A stretch of DNA of 64,000 nucleotides, taken from assembly GCF_036321535.1 (NCBI RefSeq), contig NC_087445.1, positions 72,168,001 through 72,232,000 of the forward strand, in the 5' to 3' direction. The translations under genes and the position numbers were made by a program. This document shows, one piece after another, positions 37,375 to 50,268 of the stretch (position 1 is its first letter; every line of letters starts with the position of its first letter). Under the pieces are notes generated by a model. That model did no database searches. It was given only the letters and a program-made list of their open reading frames with translations, and was not told the DNA's origin. The stretch comes from Camelus dromedarius. Its lineage: Eukaryota.

Positions 37375-39261
37375 GTGAGTATGGGCGCCATTGGGCAGGA
37401 GCTGCTCCACAGGGTCACCCAGCCCTGTTCAAGTGGGATTGGGTAGGATTTCCCTGGCCAGTGGCAGGGGAAGGAGGAAAGAAGAGCTCCAAGTACTCTC
37501 CCCCATCCTCTCTGGGACCAGCCAGCTTCATAGGAAGGAGATGGCATTGCTTAGTCCTTATGAACCCAGGTTCTGAACTCGGGCTTGACTTTGAGTCCCC
37601 TGAGCACCTTAGGCCAGTGACCTCACCCTTCTGAGCTTTCGTGTTTTTATCTGTGAAGTGGAGGTGGTAGTCCCTATCTCTCAGGGTTGCCAGAAGGTGT
37701 ATGCCAGCTATACCTATTAGAGACACGAAGCATCTCTATTATTGGTAGCCTTCATCAAAAATGGAACAGTGTAGATGGGCTTCCATTATGATGAGACGAT
37801 TTGGATGAGGAGGAAAGTGTCCAGCCAAAAAGAAGGTTGGAGGAGAGAGATTGACTCAGGGTGACCAAGGGGTTTTTCCATTTTTTCATTCAAATACCTG
37901 TTCCTCTTTCTTTAACAAATATATACTGAGCACCTCCTGTGTAGCAGCCCATGTCCCAGGCACTGAAGAGACAGACCCTGCCTTCAGACGGGGGGTCTGG
38001 GGGTGGAGATCCAGTGGGGTAAATATCAGTGTAGCCTAGAGGCAGGGGCTGGATGTTGCAACTGTGGAGGTGCTTTGCAGCCCTAGTAGTGGATCCTAGC
38101 GAGAGCAGAGTGTTCAGGAATGGGAGCCCATCTCACCTGGGGCTGAGACGTTTCTGGGAAGAAGAGGAAGTCAGTTGTATGAGGAGGCAGGGGAATGAGG
38201 TTCCTGGAGAGGGCCGCAGAAAATGGTCAAGTGAGGTTTGATCCTTCTGGAACTGGACATGCATCTGCCAGGAATCAGACAGCTGTTGCCCAAATTCAAT
38301 GGCTACCAAGGCTGTCTCTGAGCCTCCCTTGGGTTGGAGAGCAATGGCATAGGGTGGGTCGGTGTGCCACATTCAAAGGCCAGGGACACTCACCAAGGAA
38401 CAGGGCACTGCCTTCTGGAGCTGGCTGTCGGCAGGAGCCTAGGGTCCCACGTTGGAACCGTGGGATTGTGTCTCTGGTACGGAAAGACCTGGGATGATGA
38501 TGGTGGTTTCTTGGTTTGACAGATGGCCATGCAGCCTTGGGAGGGAACAAGGGGGTCTCAGAAGCCTCTGACAGATTCAACTGGAAGTTATTAAAATACC
38601 ACAAGTTGTGATTTATTTCCCCCTGCTTTTGCTTGACATGAAAGTCCCAGAGTTTAATAATTCCAGTCCTTTTTATTTATTCAGTGGCTGAATGCTCACT
38701 GAGTGCCAGGTGTGGAAATAAGTACTTTATTCCTTCCTGTAGTTGGCACACGTATTTATGAGTGCCTCCTTTGTGCCTGGCACTGTACTAGTTGCTGAGT
38801 ACTTGTGGTGAGCAAAACAGATACGGTTCTTGCCCTAATGGAGCTTACAGCATGACGGAAGTGGAGCCAAACAGTGAACAGGTAAACACGTAAATGTGTA
38901 ACCGTACACGTGGTCATCACAGGTGGGAGGAGGACAAAAGGGTGCTTTGAATGAGATAACAGGTGTTAAGAGAAAGCCTCTTTAAAGAGGTGACTTTGAG
39001 GCCAAGGCCTGAGGAATGAAAAGAAGCCAGCCAAATAAACTGGAGAGAGGGCCGAGGTGCATGGGGCCTATTCCAAGTAGAGGCTAGAGGCCCCCCGGGG
39101 CAAAAGGCCTTGGGGTGGTCAAGGAACTGAAGGAAGGAAGGCCAGCGTCATAAGGGTCACAGGCTGAGTTTGGCATGGTAGGCAAAGCCCCAGTTGGTGG
39201 TGCAAATAATTGTCACAAATTCTTAGATGGTAGCTACCATTATTATTCCTATTTTAAAAAG

Positions 39262-39556
39262 TGGATGATATTACTTATATGTGGAATCAAAAAAAAGGGG
39301 ACACAAATGAACTTATCTACAAAACAGACTCACAGACATAGAGAACAAACATGGTTACCAGGAGGTAAAGAGGGTGGGAAGGGATAAATTGGGAATTCGA
39401 AATTTGCATCTCTTGGGGAGTGATGGAAGTGTTAGCTATCTTGATTATGGTAGTGGTTTCATTGGTGTGTACATCTACCAAAATTCATCAGATTGTACAC
39501 CTGAAATATGTGTAGTTTACTGTGCAGGAATCATACCACAATTAAAGTGTTTTTAA
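39262..39556 (+). mobile_element. Composite L1 3' ends in URM1 intron 2
   Basis: cttatatgtggaatc...aatgaacttatctacaaaacagactcacagacatagagaac, then gatggaagtgttagctatcttgattatggtagtggtttc...attaaag plus A tail. Confidence 0.8.
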
Positions 39557-42500
39557 AAAAAGAAGTGGAAACCCAGACTCAGAGATGTCAGAGGTCTTGC
39601 CCCAGATCATACAGTTATTGAAATGGCAGAGCTGGGATTCAGAACCAGATGTCAGGGTCTCCACTGTCCTTATGGTACCACTGACCCATCACCATTTATC
39701 CCAGGAGGTTCCCTGAGTCACACACCTCAAACGTGCAATGTATTTTCTGATTTTTGTACTTTCTTTCGTGCCTCCAACCGCTACTTATTTCAATTTTCAT
39801 GATAACCCCAGTAGATTCCCTATTGACAGGGAAACAAAACCTCAGAGAGAGAGAGAAAAAGAGTGACCTGTCCAAAGTTAACTCAGGTAGGAAGGCTAAG
39901 ACCCAAGTTTTTGATCCCTCATCCTCCCATCTACTGCTTGGCTGCGTGGGGGCCTATCCTCACCTCTCTGGGATAAAAGGAAAGAAAGCAGGGCAGGCAG
40001 CTGAAATGGCCCTTGTGCTCAGTTTTGGGGCCCTTGGCTGTGGATCTCTACCTCTGGCTCCTGTTTTTGCTCTGCTGTACCCAGAGGCATAGGTCACATC
40101 ACAGCCGCAGAGCTGGTTGGCAGCTGCCAGGCCTTACCCTGGCACACGGAGCCCAACAGGAGGGCAGGGGCCTGGTGCCACTGGGAGAGCCATAGTCTTC
40201 CCCCAAGCCTGTGCCCAGATCTGCCGTCTGGCAGCTTTCCCGGCCCAGGGGCTGCCACTTGGCCAAGCAGGTCTTGGAGACTCCAGCAGAGAAAAATAGC
40301 AGCCATAAGATCATGGATTGTGACAAGTCTCACAAACCAGGGGACTCCAGGGCCCTGGGTCCAGGGCCAGGGGAGAGCTTCCAACTCGGCCAACTTGGGA
40401 GAAGAGGATGAGCAAGGCCAAAAGGGCTGGGATTGCAAGAGAGGAGCCCTGGCAATGTGTGATTGCAAATTAGTGATTCCTGCAGGCCTCTTTTTTCCCA
40501 CCTGTAAAACAGGAGGTTGGGCTAGATTTAGTCTTTATTGAGTTGTATATCTATTTGACATCTGCAGTTTGGAAAAGTTGTTTCCAGATCTAAGTATACA
40601 GTTCTGGGAAGCAGGGTGCACTGCTCTAATGAGAAGTTGTGTGTCTAGAGGGAGCCTTCACAGCCATCTGCAGGAAATAGGCCATCTCCTTTATTGGCCA
40701 GGATTTGTAAGCACCCACCAGCTTTGGGCATTGTGGCCACTGGGAGCTGGCTTTTGTGCATCAAGGATCCCTTCAATTCAAGCTCCCAGTCCTGGTTGGT
40801 CAGTGGCCTGGAGAAAACCCCGAACCTCGACAGTCCCAGCGTCAGCATCACCTGCCTCAGCTCCCAGGAAGAGACGTGTCTGCCTCACCTTTCCCTGCCC
40901 CTCTTCCTCTGCCCTGCATTGTGTTAAAGGGTGCCTGGTGCGGGAGGCAGGAGCTGCCCGGGAGCTCCCAGGCGCTTTAAACTGCTTAGCATGCATTTCA
41001 CAGCCTCTCTGGGGCCAGCTGTTCCTTTCTCCGCTCTGGGGCCTGTTTGCTGATCCCCTCCCCACCANNNNNNNNNNNNNNNNNNNNNNNNNNNNNNNNN
41101 NNNNNNNNNNNNNNNNNNNNNNNNNNNNNNNNNNNNNNNNNNNNNNNNNNNNNNNNNNNNNNNNNNNNNNNNNNNNNNNNNNNNNNNNNNNNNNNNNNNN
41201 NNNNNNNNNNNNNNNNNNNNNNNNNNNNNNNNNNNNNNNNNNNNNNNNTTCCCTCTACCCTCTCTTCTCTTTTACTCCCCCCATCCCAGCTCTTTCTTCT
41301 CCCCTTTCAACTGGGGGTGGGCTCCCAGAAGAGCCTCGTCTTGAAGCCTGGTGGACTTGGTGGGGACAGGGGCGGCTTAACCTATGGAAGAGAAGACTTA
41401 GGGGAGCCGGCTCTCCCAAAGCTGTCGTGTGCGGAAGAGAGGCCACATTTGTTGGCCTGGTCCCCAGAACCAACCAGGCTTGGTGGTGGGAGGGCCATGA
41501 AGACAGATTTCTGGCTGGGAGGAAAGCTCTCCCTGGAGGCGGTCAAGAAAGGGATGAGGGTCTGCTGCAGCCGGGATGCAGTCTCAGATGAGACCTGGAG
41601 ATTGGTCTCTTTCGGGTCAGAGAGCTAGCATTGATTCCTTTAGGGGCCCTGCCACAGTGGGTGGTCATTGTCCCCAGACAAGGACACATCCACTGGGGCG
41701 AGGGATTTTGGTGGAAGCCTTTCTAAGGAGGGGCATGGGTGGTGCCTGATTCCCAGCAGCCTTTAGGAGAAGGTTCTGGTTGCCCACAGGATAAGGAATC
41801 CTAAGTCACTGTGGGCAAGTGTACATTCGTCTTGTGTGTTTGACACTGTACCGGGCCTGCTGCTGGCATTAGGAGTTTGGGTTATTATCCCCATTTGTCA
41901 GAGGATTACCCTGAGACAGGTGAAGTTACTTCCTACCTGAGGCCATCTAGCACACAGCCTGGCACCTCCCCGCTCCAGAATCCCAGCTCTTAACCACTCC
42001 TCCATGGGAACAGCAGCTCCCACTCCCGGTGGACAGGCCAGGTCCCAAGGCTTCCGGTACCAGAAAATATATTTGGGTGCTTATCACCCTCCTCTGGTCC
42101 TGTCTGCCCAGGGGCAGTCTGGCTCCCACCACCCACAGCCTCAGAGTATGATCCCTTCCACCTGGGTTGGCCAGGGAACAGCTTAGGGACTTGAACATCT
42201 AACTCAGTGGGAAGGCTAGTGTTGGGGCCCCTCACCACTCTCCCAGTGCCCCCATTCCCTCTCTGGCTCTGATAGAAAGGTAGTGGATCCCACAGAAAAC
42301 CCCAGCCGATCCCAGCACTATCAGCCCTTCAGAGCTGCCTGAGCATGTCCTTAGGTCCCTGGGCAGAGCGAGTGGCAGCTCAGGGCAGCAAGAGGGACTG
42401 AAGGATCGAGGCTCTTCGTCTGGCTCAGAAGAATTACAGCGTTGCTGTGCTGGGCATGGTGCCAAGAGCTTTATATGGATCATCTTATTTGAGCCTCACA

Positions 42501-45499
42501 ACCACACTGTGAGGCGTTCTTCCCATTCCCATTTTACAAAGAAGGAAGCGCAGAGAATTCCTTACCCAAGGTCATATAACTAGGAAGTGATGGAGTCGAA
42601 CTCAGAACCAAGACTGAGTCCCTGTTCTTAACCTGTCCTCCTCCTCCCTCCATCCACAGTTGTCCACATGTTCAGTAAACATCTCAAGGGCGTTTTGTGT
42701 ATGAGGTTCCATGCTGTATGCTGGGGCACACACCTGGGTAGTACCCCTGGGGTTCCCAAGACAGGAGAGGCCTCTTCCCAAGCAGCCCCTTCTCAAGGCC
42801 TACTCAGGCCCCGCAGAGTCCAACCCCAGCTACCTCTCTGCCCTCACCTTATGCTGATCTTCTGGCCTTCTCTGTTCTATTAACCTTGAACTTGCCAATT
42901 CCAACCTGCCTTAGGTCTTCCCATATGTTCTTCCTTCTGCCTTGAATGCCCTGCCATCCCACCCTACTCCTACTTCAGGCCTCAGCTTCAACATTAACAT
43001 CCTCAGAAAAGCTTTTCCTGATTCCACACAAAGGAAATAGCATTTGTCACAACTAAGTAATGCCCGCCTCCCTTGCTGTCCTGTTAGCTCCATGAAGGTA
43101 GGCTCTCTGTCCGCCTTGCTCACCGCCATCTCCCTAGCACCTGGCACATAGTAGTTGCCCAGTAAATATTTGTCTTTTGAGTGATCGCATGGAATCCCAT
43201 GTGGGAAACCACCCTTGGTAGCAGTGGGAAGGCAGGAGGCCATGGGGAAGGTGAAATTGAGATTCCCCAGAGCCATCCCCAAGCCACCAGCCCCTGACTC
43301 TGCTTAACCCTTCCTCCTCCCCTGGGCGCCTTTGGAAGCCGACCATCTGGCTTAGAGGCTATTTGCATATTGTCTGGGCCTCAGCAAGCCTAGCAAGATG
43401 TCCCTGGGGGTGTGTTTCAGGCTAGGCCTAGTGGCCCTTGCAGCCTGTGAAGGGAGCAGGGAGTTCCACCTCTCCCCACCCCCAAATCCAGGCATGGGGG
43501 AACAATACTGGTGGTGATGCGGTGGCCTCACCATGGTAACAGGCTACCAAGAATGTGGGCAGGCCTGGGGGGGCGCAGAGGAGGGAGGGAATGACCTCAG
43601 CAAAGAGGAGCATCATGATAAATGAGCCAGCACCCGCAGCCGACTCCCCCCGCCCCAGCCCACCCCTCTGGGACTCCATGATGGTGCCATCACTTGGATG
43701 ACCCCGACATGACCATTAGTCCTCCCCAACCGCCCAACCTACGAGAGTAAAGCAGAAGCCCCCTTTTGGAGGGAACCAGGGCTATTACCCGACTGGGTCC
43801 TGGTTCTGAACAGCCTGGCCAGGGCTGTGGAGGTGCAGCTGGTGGCCCTCAGGCTAGGCACTGCCCAGTCCCTCTCAGCGCCTCCGCACACAGGCACAAC
43901 CCCGCCTGCCAGGGCTGGCTGATGGATGTCAGACCCCGGCGGCTCTATCGAGCGGCCGCAAGATATATGGGCTGGCGGCCCACCAGACAGTGCCAAGATG
44001 GAGGCCATGGGGAAACCTCGAAACCCAGGCCTCTGGGAGGAACCCAGCCAGGAGTCAAAATGGACTACAGCTAGTTGGAGGCAACACTCCCCATCCCCTG
44101 CCCGCCCTAGGAACCTTGGGGACTCTGATCTGCTTTGTTTAAAAGTAGAAATTAAAATTGAAAGGCACAGTCTCACCCTGTGGACACTTTGCCATGGCCT
44201 TGTGCTCTGCTGGCGTACGACCCAGGGAAGTTGGCACAGAGCAGAGTGAACCAGTCCATCCAGGGTGCAGCTTGTCTGCTTCCCAGGAGGGTGGCAGGCA
44301 GACCAATGAGAATGCCTTAAAACCCTCTCCAAGCCTGGTCCTGTGTGTGACACATGCTGGGCCTAGACTGGAGAGAGCCTCGCCTCGCCTTGTCTGGCAG
44401 CCTTTCCCTCGCCTGCATGCCAGGACTCTACCTCTAGGCAGGGGCACCGAGGCACTGCTTGGGCCCTTCTCCACCTTAGCCTCTGAGCTTTGTCTCGGGC
44501 ACAGGCCCAGGACAGCAGACTCCTCTGAGACACTGACTCTGGATGAGGACAGCTAACCTCCAGCCTCCTGCTGGCTTCCCAGAGGCTAGCTGTCTCCCCA
44601 GGGCCTTCAGTCCTCAAGTCATCTCAGGGAGGAAAGGGTCTCCTGCAGCCTCAGGAGATGCTCTGTCTGAGGAGTGGATAGTTGAGAGCCATAGCCTTTG
44701 AGGAGTTTATAGAGCCAGGTTTAGTGTGCTGTGGCCTGGGACCTTGCTTCCAGAAAAGGAGAGGTGGCCCTGGGGACAGGTGGCTCTGAGCCTCCAGATG
44801 ATGTACAAAGAGCTTGGTGGCTGTCCCAGAACCAGAGAGGCAAATCTCAGTGTCCAGCTGAGCAGAAGAGGCCCTCCTGACCCTGAACCTCTTGCCTCTT
44901 CAGGGTGGCCGGCCCTGGCCTGGAGGGCTCTACGAAGGGGGTGTAGTGGGGCAGTGATTTGTCAGAGTCTCTGGCTGGTGAAGGATCCTTCTCTCCCTCT
45001 GCCAGAGGAAATTAACTGATACTATCAGCTCAGCAATTGTTTTTCTTCCCTCACAAAGGGAAATATATGCAGACCCTTCCAAGAGCAAAGCCGAATTCTC
45101 CCCATCTGGTACTGGCTGGAGAGATAAAGGTGTAGGGGGATCTTCAGGGCCCTCTCAGAGGCCTCTCTGTGGCCATTTTAGACCATCTTCTAGGACTAGT
45201 GGGTGGGGGTCTGTCTCTCCACCCTTTCAGATGTGACCATTCCTCCTGCTGTCTGCCTTGAGTCCCCATTGCCTCTTCTTCAAGCCTTTAGCAGTGCCAG
45301 GTGCCACTTTCTCTGAAGACCTCTCTGGCAGGTCACTGGCCTTTCCAAACCCATTTCCTCACCGTGGGAATCCACAAGTTCAGGGGCCGTGACAGCCTGG
45401 GCTAAGCCCCATATTCACTTCCTCCTAGCTTAGGCAAGGCCCTGGGGGCCAGGAATCATTTGGATTTAACATTAATTTGTTCTGTGCCTTCCTCTCCAG

Positions 45500-45581
45500 G
45501 GGACATCCGGAACCTCCTTGTCTGGATCAAGAAGAATTTGCTAAAAGAGCGGCCAGAGTTGTTCATCCAGGGAGACAGCGT
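45500..45581 (+). CDS. URM1: URM1 exon 3
   Basis: [27 protein letters not shown](V); 82 nt. Confidence 0.96.
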
Positions 45582-46261
45582 GTGAGTTCCTTTCTTCCCT
45601 TCCCTGAGGAGGGCAGGCATAGGGAAAGAGCTTTGAGCCCCTGTCCTTGGGTTCAACTATAGCCTTCTCTGGGTCCTGTCCTCCCGCTCTGTCCTCCCCA
45701 TACCCCTCCAAGGAAAGGGCTACCTCTGTCCAGCTCTGTCTCAAGTTTATGTTCAGTTGTCTTGTTACCACATTGGACCGTTAGGATTTAAAGCCCAGAT
45801 CGGGAGATCGGTAGATTTATCAAAAAACTTAGATTCTGCTTTCTGACTTTGATTTTTTTTTTTTTTTCAGCAGTAGAAATATCTCAAATCTATAATGTGT
45901 ACAAAGACTTATAAACAGACAAAAGCAAGAGATCTCATAGCTTCACTTTAAAGCTTACTTAGGAGTTAAGTATTACAATATAAATTTACTGCTTATAAAT
46001 AACAGTTGGAGTAAGCTGAATTTGCTTGCTCAAATCACTAAGGCTTACTATTGGTGAAAAAGACATTTAAGATTTCTTGACAAAGTCTGAAGGACCCGTC
46101 AGAGTTCTGAGTTTTAAAATTAGATTCTGCTTTCTGGTTGTCACAAACTTGCTGCAGAACCTTGGGCAAGTTACTTCACTTCTCTGGGCCTCAGCTGCTC
46201 TCTTCGTACAGAAAGTACTGAGAAAAAGATACTACCCAAGGACTTTTTCATCCCTTGACAA

Positions 46262-46710
46262 TTTAGGACAGTGCTCTCCCATAGAACTTTCTGTGATGAC
46301 AGAAATGTTCTATATCTGTGTTGTCCAATATGGTAGCTGCTAGACACATGAAGATATTGAACCCTTGAGATGTGGCTAGTGGACTGAGGAACTAAGTGTT
46401 CAGTTTTAATTGTAATTTAAATTTGTTTATTATTTATAGCTATTTTTTATTTATGCCTTTATTACAATATATTTTTAAATTGAAGTATGGTTGATGTACA
46501 ATATTATATATTTCAGTTATACAATATAGTGATTCACAAATTTTTAAAGGTTATACTCCATTTATAGTTACTATAAAATACTGGCTATATTCCACATATT
46601 GTGCAATACATCATTGTAGTTTATTTTATACGTGATAGTTTGTACCTCTTAATCCTCCAATTGTAATTTAAATTTAAATGTGGCTAATAGATACTGTGTT
46701 GGACAGCACG
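46262..46710. mobile_element. MER3 DNA transposon split by an L1 insertion
   Basis: cagtgctctcccatagaactttctgtgatgacagaaatgttctatatctg...; the right end tgtggctaatagatactgtgttggacagcac resumes after the insert. Confidence 0.8.
46425..46658 (-). mobile_element. 5'-truncated L1 with a 17-bp TSD
   Basis: AATTGTAATTTAAATTT at 46408-46424 and 46659-46675; the insert resembles an L1 3'UTR (tttcagttatacaatatagtgattcacaa...ggttatactcc). Confidence 0.8.
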
Positions 46711-47564
46711 GGTCTAGGATTACAGGGAGTCAGTGTGCATGTGCACACTCACATGTGCACACGCACACACATTTGTGTTCACTGGGGACATCCCTACCCC
46801 AGCCTAAAGCTTCTATATCTGTCCCAGGCCCAGCTTAGCCTCCTAGGAAAGGATCCAGGTTCCATGAGCCAAGAAGTCAATTTACTTCTACAACAAGGCA
46901 GCCTAATCTGTAAAAGAAGAGGGCAGGGCCCTCTGCCTGGAAGCAGAGATCACCTGCAAGCCCTGGGGGATAGGGCTGCCATAGAACCCTTTGCTCAGGT
47001 CGTGATTCAACAGTTGTGGAGGTCACCCCCAAGGACAGCAGTGCTGATCTCAGGCATTCAGGGGCTCAGGGCCACTGGCAGCCTTCCTTGATTCAGAGAA
47101 GCCAAGATAGCCTCATTTTCAGGAGGGACACACAGGAGACCATAACAGTGAGGTTAGACCCCTGGAAAAATAGGCCACTACTTGGTTCCCGTGCTAGACG
47201 CTGGCAAGCAAGCACCTCACACACTTCATCCTGCTTCATCCCCCCACAGAGCTCTTTAGGGAGGCACTGTCATTTACTCTGTTTTCAGATGAGGGAACTG
47301 ATGCTCAGGGAAACAAAATGACCTGCCCAAGGTCTGGTAAGTGGTAGTCGAGTTTGCATCCATTTTCTATCTGGCCCATAGACTATCCACCTGGTTTTCT
47401 TTAGATTTGGACTGTCAGCTCCACTTCCTGAGAGATCTTTAACGGGGACCTCCACATGAAAAGCTCCCAGCACACTCCTGCAGCCCCAGTGTCTAAGCCT
47501 CTACCCTTGCTGCTGTCTGCTCCCGCCCTTCATGCCCTGCTACTCACCACCATCTTTCCCACAG

Positions 47565-47613
47565 GCGGCCAGGAATTCTGGTGCTGATTAATGATGCCGA
47601 CTGGGAACTGCTG
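47565..47613 (+). CDS. URM1: URM1 exon 4
   Basis: RPGILVLINDADWELL; 49 nt; GTCAGT donor. Confidence 0.96.
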
Positions 47614-47973
47614 GTCAGTACCTCAGGGGACAGCCTTCCCTCAACCCCTCCCCTCACTGCTTTAGTAAGAAAGCCTTAGGCCTCTCATCATGCCCAAATA
47701 GGGCGGTTGGTTAATCCTCTATCCCAGTCTGGCCTCCAGACTGAGGCCACACCCTACCCCCATGTGAGGAAGGAATGGGTAGCTTGGGGAAGTGGTGAGC
47801 TCTCCTCCATCCTGGAGATTTGCAAGTTAATGTTTGGGGTACCCCTTCTTTTTTTCTCTGGTAAATTCTATCTTTCTCTCCCGGAGCAGCCAGGCCTCCC
47901 CTTCCTCTCCCAACACCTGGGGAGAAACTGGAAAAGTGCCCTTGACGGTCTTCTCATTTCTCTCCTGGACCAG

Positions 47974-48042
47974 GGTGAGCTGGACTATCAGCTTCAGGAC
48001 CAGGACAGCATCCTCTTCATATCCACGCTGCACGGCGGCTAA
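47974..48042 (+). CDS. URM1: URM1 exon 5, C-terminal HGG
   Basis: [22 protein letters not shown]; total 306 nt = 101 aa; diglycine needed for thiocarboxylation. Confidence 0.97.
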   Translation, partial: GELDYQLQDQDSILFISTLHGG

Positions 48043-49053
48043 GGGCCCCTCTCTGTGCCTGGGCCCCCTTGGGGTGGGGAGAACAGAACAATCAGACACC
48101 CCCTTGGGCCCTGCTTCCAGATCTCCCTGTCCCCCTTGGCTGCTTTCTTCCCTACTCTGTCCGCTGAGCTCCCTCCAGGCAGGGAAAAGAGGCCAGGTGC
48201 TAAAAATGAGCCTTTCTCAGGCACGTGAGCAGGGGAAGGCAGGAAGGCAGGCAGGCGCCTGAGCCTGGCACACCCTCTCCCAGTAGCTGAGATGGGGGAG
48301 GGTGCCCCTTAGTTTGTCAAGAGTGGAGAGGGGTCTCTGTGGCCAGGTGACCCAGCTGCCTTCCACTCCCTGTGTCTCAGTCTAAACACTGAGTGACCGC
48401 TGACAAGGCAGTCCAGCTCCTGGGCCACAGTGCCTTCCTGGGGAAGATGAATGGACCTGAATAGCTGATGGCAGGCCCCTCCCTTCTCAAAGACTGGAGG
48501 AGTCTCCGCCTCAGTTTCCCCATCTGGACAGCAGAGGGCTCTGCCTGTCCCCCACTGATATCATTATGGAACCCCAGCTGGGGTCCCCTATTCAGTGCTG
48601 ACCCCCCTCCCCACCCAGCAGCTGCTCTTCCAACCACACCCCTCCTCCTGCTCCCCCATCCACAGCCCTTGACCCTGGCTGGCCTTCCCCAACACAGACC
48701 ACCAGATGGGCTCCTGAGACCCTCCCCCCAGCAAAAGGCTGCCTGCACGCAGCTCATTCCACTGGGGGTAGAGAGAAGGAGGGTGTAGGCTAAGCCTCGG
48801 ACTGGCAAGTAGAGGCCTGGGGTGGGGGGTCAGTGTGCCTCAGTTTCTTCCTCAACAACAACTGAATTTTTATAGTGTCTGAAAACTGGGGAGATACTTG
48901 ATGACACAAATGTAGACATTATCTCCTCCCACCTCCTGCAGGAAGCAGGATGGGGGCAGGCAGCACCTGGTAGGCAGGATGGTTTGCCCCTCCCCCTTCC
49001 ATCCTTTCTGGAAGTCTTGGGGCCTCAGTGCCTGCAACAGCTGGCCTTAGGCA

Positions 49054-49059
49054 AATAAA
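49054..49059 (+). terminator. URM1: URM1 proximal polyadenylation signal
   Basis: AATAAA about 1 kb after the stop, followed by ggttgttt. Confidence 0.7.
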
Positions 49060-50250
49060 AGACTAGGTTGTTTACTAGCCTTGCCTGGAACTTCATCCTT
49101 AGAAACCAGTGGCACCCCACATCCCCCTCAACCAACCATGGTCTTTGGTCCAACCTCTCTGTCCTCAGCCTAGGGCTTTCAGAACTGCCCTTCACCCAAG
49201 AAGGGAGCAGGGGTTGAAACCCAGACTATCTGCAAAGGGGTGATAGGGCCATCTGGAGAAGGGGGTGGCAGAGCCAGTGTCTGCTGCCCAGGCTGGGTCC
49301 CAGGACACTTCCATACTCATCTGTCCGAGGCCAGGCTTTGTCCCCTCAGCTGCAGCCATCAGCCCCAGAACCCAGAATGGAGATGGCATGGATAGGGCTG
49401 CTGAGCCCCACTTCCCGTTACCGGAGAAAAAGCTTTTTTTGAGGGAGACCTCAAAAAAAAAAAAAAAAAATTAGGGCATTAACATCATCCTGCCCAAAAC
49501 GTGGCTTTTCATTAAATGTCAATAATTCAAGGTGGAATTTATCTCACTCTGTGGAGATAAAAGTGCCAAATGGTTGTCCTAGTGTTGGGGGGGTTGGGAG
49601 AGGTGTGCACATCGTTCTCAAAGACAGGTAACCCCCTGGCTGGTGAGCTTCTCTCCAGCCCCACTGCAGATGGAGGCCTCTGGGGTATGTGTGTGGGTGG
49701 GGGTGGCCATGTTGAGGTTATGGGTGCAAATTAAGGCCAGTGTGGGTCCAGGTGCTATCTAGAGGGGCTGTATGACCAGTCTGCACTAGGTGCTGAGGTC
49801 AGGTTCTCCATGTTAAGGAACAGGGCAAGCGACAGCCTCACTTTAAGGATCAGTCTGTCCCCTGATTCTTGTGACCTGGTAGTGCCTTCCTCCCCCAGCC
49901 CAGCTGAGTTTCATAGTGCCCTGTTACCCCACCTGGGATCCAAGTCCTGGAAACTGGGCGATAGGAATCCTTTCCTGCCTGCACTGGGGAGAGGAGGGGT
50001 AGAAACGGGTTACCCTTTCCTCCACAATTAATGCTGAGGAGTAGGGCAGGAGGACACCTGGGGAAACCAGGTTCTCCACGGCAACAAGAGATCCCAGCAT
50101 CACAGCTGAAATTGGCCAGGGCCACACTCCACAGCATTTTGGGCCATTTTAAGCTTGAGTGCAAAAGGGGTCAGGGATAGGTGATCCAGGCTCAGCCCCA
50201 ACAACCCCCAACTGCCCCCCCCCAGCAACTCCTGAACCCACTTTTGAGGA

Positions 50251-50268
50251 AATAAACGAATAAATAAA
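50251..50268 (+). terminator. URM1: Triple AATAAA cluster, candidate URM1 distal polyA
   Basis: AATAAA at 50251, 50259 and 50263, with a tttgtcttt downstream element at ~50288. Confidence 0.55.

Noticed and set aside
40569-41628. 340-aa and 193-aa ORFs in URM1 intron 2
   Set aside because: They are inflated by N-runs, use non-ATG starts and have no recognisable homology.
46733-46770. AGTGTGCA-TG-TGCACACT inverted repeat
   Set aside because: A by-product of a degenerate TG/CA microsatellite; the stem is too short to imply function.
47614-47679. URM1 intron-4 read-through isoform (VSTSGDSLPSTPPLTALVRKP*)
   Set aside because: It loses the essential GG and stops after 21 codons, unlike the longer human isoform I recall, so it is unlikely to be a conserved product.
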